NCBI GenBank assembly: GCA_028281365.1
Contig: JANQJZ010000044.1
Span: 29,818 to 93,817 of the forward strand
Length of the DNA stretch: 64,000 bases
Source of the DNA: Gammaproteobacteria bacterium
GTDB taxonomy: Bacteria > Pseudomonadota > Gammaproteobacteria > Eutrophobiales > Eutrophobiaceae
Direction: 5' to 3'
The position numbers and the translations under genes are program-made. The notes below the pieces were generated by a model. It saw only the letters and a list, made by a program, of their open reading frames with translations, did no database searches and was not told the DNA's origin. Positions 58,418-64,000 of this stretch are shown here, in pieces; within the stretch, counting starts at the first letter, position 1, and every line of letters begins with the position of its first letter.

Positions 58418-60202
58418 ATGACAAGCTTTTCAAACTCCCAAATAGTGCAGTGTCTACTCATATTGACACTGACTCTGGGTATTAGTGCCTGTACTACCGT
58501 TCCAACAGAACCTGCATCAGAGCAGGAAGCCGCACAAGAAACAACAGGAGCGACGCCTGAACAAAAGACAACTGCTGAAGAAGAAGCTGTTGTCAGGAAA
58601 AAGCCGGAACGACCGAAGATAGAACTGACTGAAGACATACTGTTTAAAGTATTGGTCGCGGAGGTTGCTGGTCAGCGCGGTAAAATTGATATTGCCGTAG
58701 AAAATTACCTCGACCTTGCAAGAACTACCCGGGATCCTGCTGTCATAGAACGTGCTGCCCGTATTGCTGTTTATGCACGTGATGATGTTGCAGCCCATGA
58801 GACAGCAAAACTCTGGACAGATGTTGATCCTTATAATTCTGATGCACACCAGATATTAACTGTCATGACCCTGAGAAAGGGCGATATCGATCAGGCATTA
58901 AACCATTTGGAAGTCATACTGAAAAACTCACAGGGAAAATTTGATCAGAAACTGTGGATGATTGCTAACTTTCTTGGACGGGAAGAAAACCAGTCAGCCG
59001 TATTACAGTTGATGGAACGGCTCATGGAAAACCGAATGGATGATGCCGAAGCTATGTATGCCTTTGCACATGTATCTGCCCGTATGGGTGATACCGAACG
59101 TTCTCAAGCATTACTGGAACGTGTCCTTGAGTTAAAACCTGGTAATGAGACTGCCGCAATTACCTACATCTCTTTACTTCAAAAAAAGGGAGATACAAAT
59201 AAGGCGATCGAATGGCTAGAAAATGCGTTAAAGGATAAAGAAGATGATTTTAATCTTCGTATGGCTTATGCAAGATTGTTAACCGATGCCAAACGCTTTG
59301 ACGAAGCAAGACGACAGTTTGAAATTTTATCCGTACAGGCACCAAATAATATTGATGTACTTTATGCGCTAGGTCTATTGTATTTACAGGTTAATCGCCT
59401 TGACGACGCTGAACAATACTTCACACGTTTAAGTAAATTAAAGAAGCGTGTATTCGATGCTAATTATTATCTGGGTCGAATTGCTGAAGAGAAGAAAGAT
59501 TTGGATAAGGCAAGTAATTTATATCAGGGTGTTCATGGAGGAGAAAACCATTTTGATGCGCAAATCCGGCTTAGTTTAATCCTGGCAAAACAAGGTGACG
59601 TAGATAAAGCCCTCGGTAATATTAGATCTATAGAAAATAAGAACCCGACAAACAGGCTTATCCTGATACAGGCTGAAGGTGAAATATTAACCGGAGTAAA
59701 ACGTTATACCGAAGCCATGAGTGTCTATGATAAGGCTATTGCTGAACAAAGCCATCCGGATCTATTGTATTCCCGCGCCATGTTGGCTGAGAAAATGGGT
59801 AAGCTCGACATTCTCGAAGCCGATCTAAAAACAATACTTGCTGATGACGCAGATAATGCTACAGCATTAAATGCATTGGGATATACATTGGCTGATCGAA
59901 CTGATCGATACGATGAAGCATATGAATATATAAAACGTGCATATGAATTGAGCCCCGAGGACTTTTATATTCTTGATAGCATGGGTTGGGTGTTATACCG
60001 GCTTGGTAAACTTGATGAAGCTGTCGAATTTTTAAGAAAGGCACTTGCCTTAAGGAACGATCCGGAGATAGCTGCTCATCTGGGAGAAGTACTTTGGGTT
60101 ATGGGAAATAAAGAGGCTGCCAAAGAAATCTGGGAAACAGCACTTAAAGACACACCCACTGACAACAGGTTACTGGAAGTCATCCAACGATTTAAACCGT
60201 GA
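58418..60202 (+). CDS. TPR-repeat lipoprotein
   Basis: Lipobox ISAC, multiple TPRs, LNALGY, DSMGW; conserved position before lolB. Confidence 0.9.
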   Translation: MTSFSNSQIVQCLLILTLTLGISACTTVPTEPASEQEAAQETTGATPEQKTTAEEEAVVRKKPERPKIELTEDILFKVLVAEVAGQRGKIDIAVENYLDLARTTRDPAVIERAARIAVYARDDVAAHETAKLWTDVDPYNSDAHQILTVMTLRKGDIDQALNHLEVILKNSQGKFDQKLWMIANFLGREENQSAVLQLMERLMENRMDDAEAMYAFAHVSARMGDTERSQALLERVLELKPGNETAAITYISLLQKKGDTNKAIEWLENALKDKEDDFNLRMAYARLLTDAKRFDEARRQFEILSVQAPNNIDVLYALGLLYLQVNRLDDAEQYFTRLSKLKKRVFDANYYLGRIAEEKKDLDKASNLYQGVHGGENHFDAQIRLSLILAKQGDVDKALGNIRSIENKNPTNRLILIQAEGEILTGVKRYTEAMSVYDKAIAEQSHPDLLYSRAMLAEKMGKLDILEADLKTILADDADNATALNALGYTLADRTDRYDEAYEYIKRAYELSPEDFYILDSMGWVLYRLGKLDEAVEFLRKALALRNDPEIAAHLGEVLWVMGNKEAAKEIWETALKDTPTDNRLLEVIQRFKP

Positions 60203-60792
60203 ACCGGTTAACTGGTTTTTTTCTTTTATTCTTTCTTATAGGTGGTTGTGCGCAGGCACCTGAAAAATTAAACCAGACAAATTCTTCACGCTGGCTCGAA
60301 CACCAACTTGATATAAACGCTATTGAGTCATGGCACATCAGGGGGCGCGTTGCCATTAAAAATGATAATGAAAGCGGCACCTTAACACTGCATTGGAACC
60401 AGGAAAAAAATAATTATGAACTGCGCTTCATTGCACCTTTCGGCCAGGGGACTTATATCTTAACGGGTTCCCCCGATGGCGTGATTATGCAAGGAACCGA
60501 TAACAATGTGTTGACCGCCACGACAGCTGAACAATTAATGCAGGACGTGCTTGGCTGGTCTGTGCACCTTAATGGACTTAAATATTGGGTAAGGGGGATC
60601 CCGGAACCCGATGTAAATCATGGGCAAATACTGCTCGATCAACAAGGACGCCTGGCCAACATGAACCAGGCCGGGTTTAATGTCAGCATAACACGTTACA
60701 CTAATCATAACGGTATATCATTACCTGAAAAATTATCTATCAGGAATGATAGTATTCAGCTCAAACTAATCATACAGAACTGGAATATTTAA
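60199..60792 (+). CDS. lolB: Outer-membrane lipoprotein receptor LolB
   Basis: Lipobox IGGC, GRVA, WVRGIP, LPEKL; precedes ispE. Confidence 0.92.
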   Translation: MNRLTGFFLLFFLIGGCAQAPEKLNQTNSSRWLEHQLDINAIESWHIRGRVAIKNDNESGTLTLHWNQEKNNYELRFIAPFGQGTYILTGSPDGVIMQGTDNNVLTATTAEQLMQDVLGWSVHLNGLKYWVRGIPEPDVNHGQILLDQQGRLANMNQAGFNVSITRYTNHNGISLPEKLSIRNDSIQLKLIIQNWNI

Positions 60793-60796
60793 ATAC

Positions 60797-61651
60797 GTGC
60801 TAAGTACTGCGTGGCCTGCTCCGGCCAAACTTAATCTTTTTTTGCATATCATTGGTCAACGGCCTGACGGTTATCATTTACTACAAACCGTTTTTCAATT
60901 TATTGATCTTGTTGACTACATTGATTTCAATATTTTGAATTCAGATAAAATTGTACGCCGCTCTAGTCTCCCGGACGTAAAGCCTGAAAATGATTTAGTA
61001 ATTCAGGCTGCACATAGTCTTAAAGAATATACAAATTGCAAATTCGGAGTCGAAATCAATGTAAAAAAAAATATTCCTGTGGGAGGAGGCCTGGGTGGCG
61101 GTAGTTCCAATGCAGCCACAACCCTGCATGCTCTCAATCAATTATGGGATACAAAACTTGGTGTCGAGGAATTGGCAAGTCTTGGATTGAAATTGGGAGC
61201 AGATGTGCCCGTCTTTATTCATGCCCATGCTGCATGGGCCGAAGGGGTTGGTGAAAAACTAACCCCGATAGAACCGCAAGAAGATACTTATCTGCTTATC
61301 TATCCGGGTTGTAGTGTAAATACAGTCAGTATTTTTAGATCACCTGATTTGACACGGAATACGCCTGCAATCACAATACGCGCCTTCCTCGAAGCTGGAG
61401 GGAAGAACGATTGCGAAAGCGTTGTTCGAGACCAATACAAAGAAGTTACCAAGGCATTAGACTGGTTAAATAACTTTGCACCAGCAAGATTGACCGGGAC
61501 AGGTAGTTGTTTATTCGCTGCGTTTTCCAGTCGACAAGAGGCGTTAGAAGTTAACAAGCAACTACCAGAAAATTGGAAGGGTTATGTTGTTAATGGTATG
61601 AATCGTTCTCCATTATTAGAACGATTGGTGAAAGAATCCTCGAGTTCATAA
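60797..61651 (+). CDS. ispE: 4-diphosphocytidyl-2-C-methyl-D-erythritol kinase
   Basis: PAPAKLNLFL, GGGLGGGSSNAA, LGADVP, LTGTGS. Confidence 0.97.
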   Translation: MLSTAWPAPAKLNLFLHIIGQRPDGYHLLQTVFQFIDLVDYIDFNILNSDKIVRRSSLPDVKPENDLVIQAAHSLKEYTNCKFGVEINVKKNIPVGGGLGGGSSNAATTLHALNQLWDTKLGVEELASLGLKLGADVPVFIHAHAAWAEGVGEKLTPIEPQEDTYLLIYPGCSVNTVSIFRSPDLTRNTPAITIRAFLEAGGKNDCESVVRDQYKEVTKALDWLNNFAPARLTGTGSCLFAAFSSRQEALEVNKQLPENWKGYVVNGMNRSPLLERLVKESSSS

Positions 61652-61686
61652 ACAAGTTTATTCGCATATTAAAAACAAGATCATGA

Positions 61687-61762
61687 TGGGGTATAGCCAA
61701 GTTGGTAAGGCACAGGGTTTTGATCCCTGCATTCCCAGGTTCGAGTCCTGGTACCCCAGCCA
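61687..61762 (+). tRNA. tRNA-Gln (UUG)
   Basis: Cloverleaf TGGGGTA...TACCCCAGCCA, anticodon arm CAGGG-TT TTG AT-CCCTG, GTTCGAGTC T-loop. Confidence 0.97.
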
Positions 61763-61794
61763 ATTTTTTTAATTGTCTGGAGAAAATTAAACTA

Positions 61795-62748
61795 ATGTCT
61801 ATTTCCAATATGATGATTTTCAGCGGTAATGCTAACCCGAAGCTTGCACTGGAATCTGCCGAGTATCTGAATATGCCGCTGGGCAAGATCTCGGTTGGAA
61901 GGTTCAGTGATGGCGAGGTTATGGTCGAAATCAATGAAAATGTCAGGGGCCGGGATGTCTATATCATGCAGCCAATATGTGCACCGACCAATGACAATCT
62001 GATGGAATTACTGGTCATGTCTGATGCAATCAGGCGTGCCTCAGCAACCCGTATCACTGCTGTCATTCCTTATCTTGGCTATGCGCGCCAGGATCGACGT
62101 TCACGTTCATCCCGGGTCCCGATTACGGCCAAGGTTGTCGCCAATATGATTACATCTACAGGGATAGACAGGGTATTAACCGTTGACCTGCATGCTGACC
62201 AGATCCAGGGGTTTTTTGATATTCCGCTCGATAATGTTTACGGCTCACCTGTGCTTTTGGGCGACTTATGGAAGCACAAATACCCTGATTTAATGGTTGT
62301 TTCTCCCGATGTCGGTGGTGTAGTTCGCGCGAGGGCCCTGGCAAAGCGCCTGGATGATACCGAACTGGCGATTATTGATAAACGTCGTCCGAACCCAAAT
62401 GAATCTGAAGTGATGAATATTATCGGTGATGTCGATGGCCGAACCTGCGTGATTATTGACGATTTGGTCGATACCGCCGGGACACTATGTAATGCAGCAG
62501 GGGCATTGAAGGATTTTGGCGCAAAAAAGGTCGTCGCTTATTGTACGCATGCGGTCCTTTCAGGCAATGCTGTGAAGAATATAGACAATTCAAGACTTGA
62601 TGAATTGGTTGTAACAGATACAATTCCACTCCGCTCAGAGGCAGCAACCTGTGAGCGGATTCGTCAACTCAGCGTTGCAGCGATGCTTGCTGAGAGTATG
62701 AGACGAATCGCCGAGGGAGAATCCTTAAGCTCGATGTTTCTGGATTAA
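61795..62748 (+). CDS. prs: Ribose-phosphate pyrophosphokinase
   Basis: [32 protein letters not shown]; start at ATG 61795, after the tRNA. Confidence 0.97.
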   Translation: MSISNMMIFSGNANPKLALESAEYLNMPLGKISVGRFSDGEVMVEINENVRGRDVYIMQPICAPTNDNLMELLVMSDAIRRASATRITAVIPYLGYARQDRRSRSSRVPITAKVVANMITSTGIDRVLTVDLHADQIQGFFDIPLDNVYGSPVLLGDLWKHKYPDLMVVSPDVGGVVRARALAKRLDDTELAIIDKRRPNPNESEVMNIIGDVDGRTCVIIDDLVDTAGTLCNAAGALKDFGAKKVVAYCTHAVLSGNAVKNIDNSRLDELVVTDTIPLRSEAATCERIRQLSVAAMLAESMRRIAEGESLSSMFLD

Positions 62749-62761
62749 TCCATTGGCAAAG

Positions 62762-62790
62762 GTTCTCCGAATTGGTCGCGATCCGGAGAG
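62762..62790 (+). promoter_or_regulatory. rplY (L25) leader hairpin
   Basis: TCTCCGGA-ATTGGTCGCGA-TCCGGAGA; GGTCGC loop typical of gammaproteobacterial rplY leaders. Confidence 0.65.
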
Positions 62791-62825
62791 GCATAAAAAC
62801 GTAACTATTAAGGAGTCATTCTAAA

Positions 62826-63530
62826 ATGAATCAATTTGAGCTCGTCGCCGAAACGCGCGAGGATGTAGGGAAAGGTGCGAGCCGCCGCCTACGCCGCGCT
62901 GGCAAAATACCCGGCATCGTCTATGGGACTGATAAAGATGCCACCATGATTACACTGGATCACAATGAACTTATGCATCAGCTTGATCATGAAGCTTTCT
63001 ATTCTCACATTTTAAGTCTGAAGATAGGTAAAAAGGCTGCAGAAAAGGTTGTATTGAAAGATCTGCAACGCCACCCATATAAACGTGCTGTAATGCATGT
63101 CGATCTGCAACGCATCAATGAGAATGAATCATTGACCATGCGTATTCCGCTACATTACATCAACGAAGATAAATGTATTGGCGTAAAACAGGATGGAGGT
63201 GTCGTTAGTCACCTTATCACAGAAATTGATATTGTTTGCTTGCCTAAAGACCTGCCTGAATTTATTGAAGTCGATATGCATAATGTTGAACTTAATGAGA
63301 CGGTTCAACTTTCAGACCTGAAACTTCCAGAAGGTGTTGAGCTTTATAGCTTGTTGCACGGCGGGGACGACACACAGGCTATTGCAACTGTGCATCTGCC
63401 TAAGGCTGTTGAAATAGAAGAAGAGATCGAAGGCATTGAAGGCGTTGAAGGCGTTGAGGCGGAAGAAGGTGCCGTTGCTGCAGTAGAACCCGCACCTGAA
63501 GAGGCACCTTCAGAGGACAGCGAAAGCTGA
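62826..63530 (+). CDS. rplY: 50S ribosomal protein L25 (long Ctc type)
   Basis: GKGASRRLR, IPGIVYG, QRHP, HVDLQR, acidic tail. Confidence 0.96.
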   Translation: MNQFELVAETREDVGKGASRRLRRAGKIPGIVYGTDKDATMITLDHNELMHQLDHEAFYSHILSLKIGKKAAEKVVLKDLQRHPYKRAVMHVDLQRINENESLTMRIPLHYINEDKCIGVKQDGGVVSHLITEIDIVCLPKDLPEFIEVDMHNVELNETVQLSDLKLPEGVELYSLLHGGDDTQAIATVHLPKAVEIEEEIEGIEGVEGVEAEEGAVAAVEPAPEEAPSEDSES

Positions 63531-63551
63531 GCCTGTTAGCAGGCCAGGCTG

Positions 63552-64000
63552 TTGTCAGCTTCCATAAAATTAATAGTGGGCCTGGGTAATCCAGGCCCGG
63601 AACATCTATTAACTCGACATAATGCCGGATTCTGGTTCGTTGATGCCCTTGTAAATAAATTATCTTTAAATTTATCCGTAGATAAAAAATTCCAGTCGGA
63701 AATTTGTCGTTATCAATCTGATAATATTGATTGCTGGATATGTAAACCACAAACTTATATGAACGAAAGTGGTACTTCTGTGCAATCTCTACTTGCCTAT
63801 TACAAGATCCCGATAGAACAAATGCTTGTCATTCATGATGAAATTGATCTTGATGTTGGCACTATACGTTTCAAAAGTGGCGGCGGTCATGGCGGAAATA
63901 ATGGCATCAGGGATATCATCACGAAAACAGGTAATAATAATTTTAATAGACTACGAATAGGTATCGGACACCCTGGAGATCCGAATCAGGTTTCGTCATA
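63552..64000 (+). CDS. pth: Peptidyl-tRNA hydrolase, partial
   Basis: TTG start; IVGLGNPG, TRHNAGF, KPQTYMNESG, HDEIDL, GGHGGNNG, RLRIGIGHPG; runs off the window. Confidence 0.95.
   Translation, partial: MSASIKLIVGLGNPGPEHLLTRHNAGFWFVDALVNKLSLNLSVDKKFQSEICRYQSDNIDCWICKPQTYMNESGTSVQSLLAYYKIPIEQMLVIHDEIDLDVGTIRFKSGGGHGGNNGIRDIITKTGNNNFNRLRIGIGHPGDPNQVSS

Noticed and set aside
61702-61794. N-terminal extension of Prs in the ORF track
   Set aside because: Overlaps tRNA-Gln; the likely start is ATG 61795 with a GGAG SD.
63400-63750. 116-aa minus-strand ORF
   Set aside because: Antisense to the rplY tail and pth.

Overview
Chromosomal window of an AT-rich gammaproteobacterium, mostly conserved housekeeping genes: gshB-tonB-algH-ruvX-pyrRBC'K, hemCDXY, prk, msbA, moxR-DUF58-tgpA, pmbA, uvrD, purKE, phrB, dsbA-cyt c4-engB, rpmE, xth, prlC, hemA-prfA-prmC-moeB, lolB-ispE-tRNA-Gln-prs-rplY-pth. 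The accessory part is the left end (1-2.5 kb): an integron cassette array on the minus strand with three attC sites and an attI-like site but no integrase beside it. Its cassettes encode a TM + beta-barrel protein resembling Cap15/S-2TMbeta, a TM + HEPN-like protein, a second HEPN-like protein and a RelE-type toxin-antitoxin pair with its own promoter, so it looks like an anti-phage array. Signals missing from the ORF track: an orphan pqqA under a sigma54/IHF promoter, engB apparently starting at ATT, a sigmaE-type promoter preceding a three-hairpin C-rich-loop sRNA candidate, a DARS-like DnaA-box cluster, an RPE/MITE-like palindrome and a doubly coupled 57-aa ORF between prmC and moeB. There is also a Fur-boxed iron locus (bfr, bfd, porin, flavinylation-motif protein, PepSY-TM protein, FbpABC). 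All calls come from motif recognition by eye; no searches were run.
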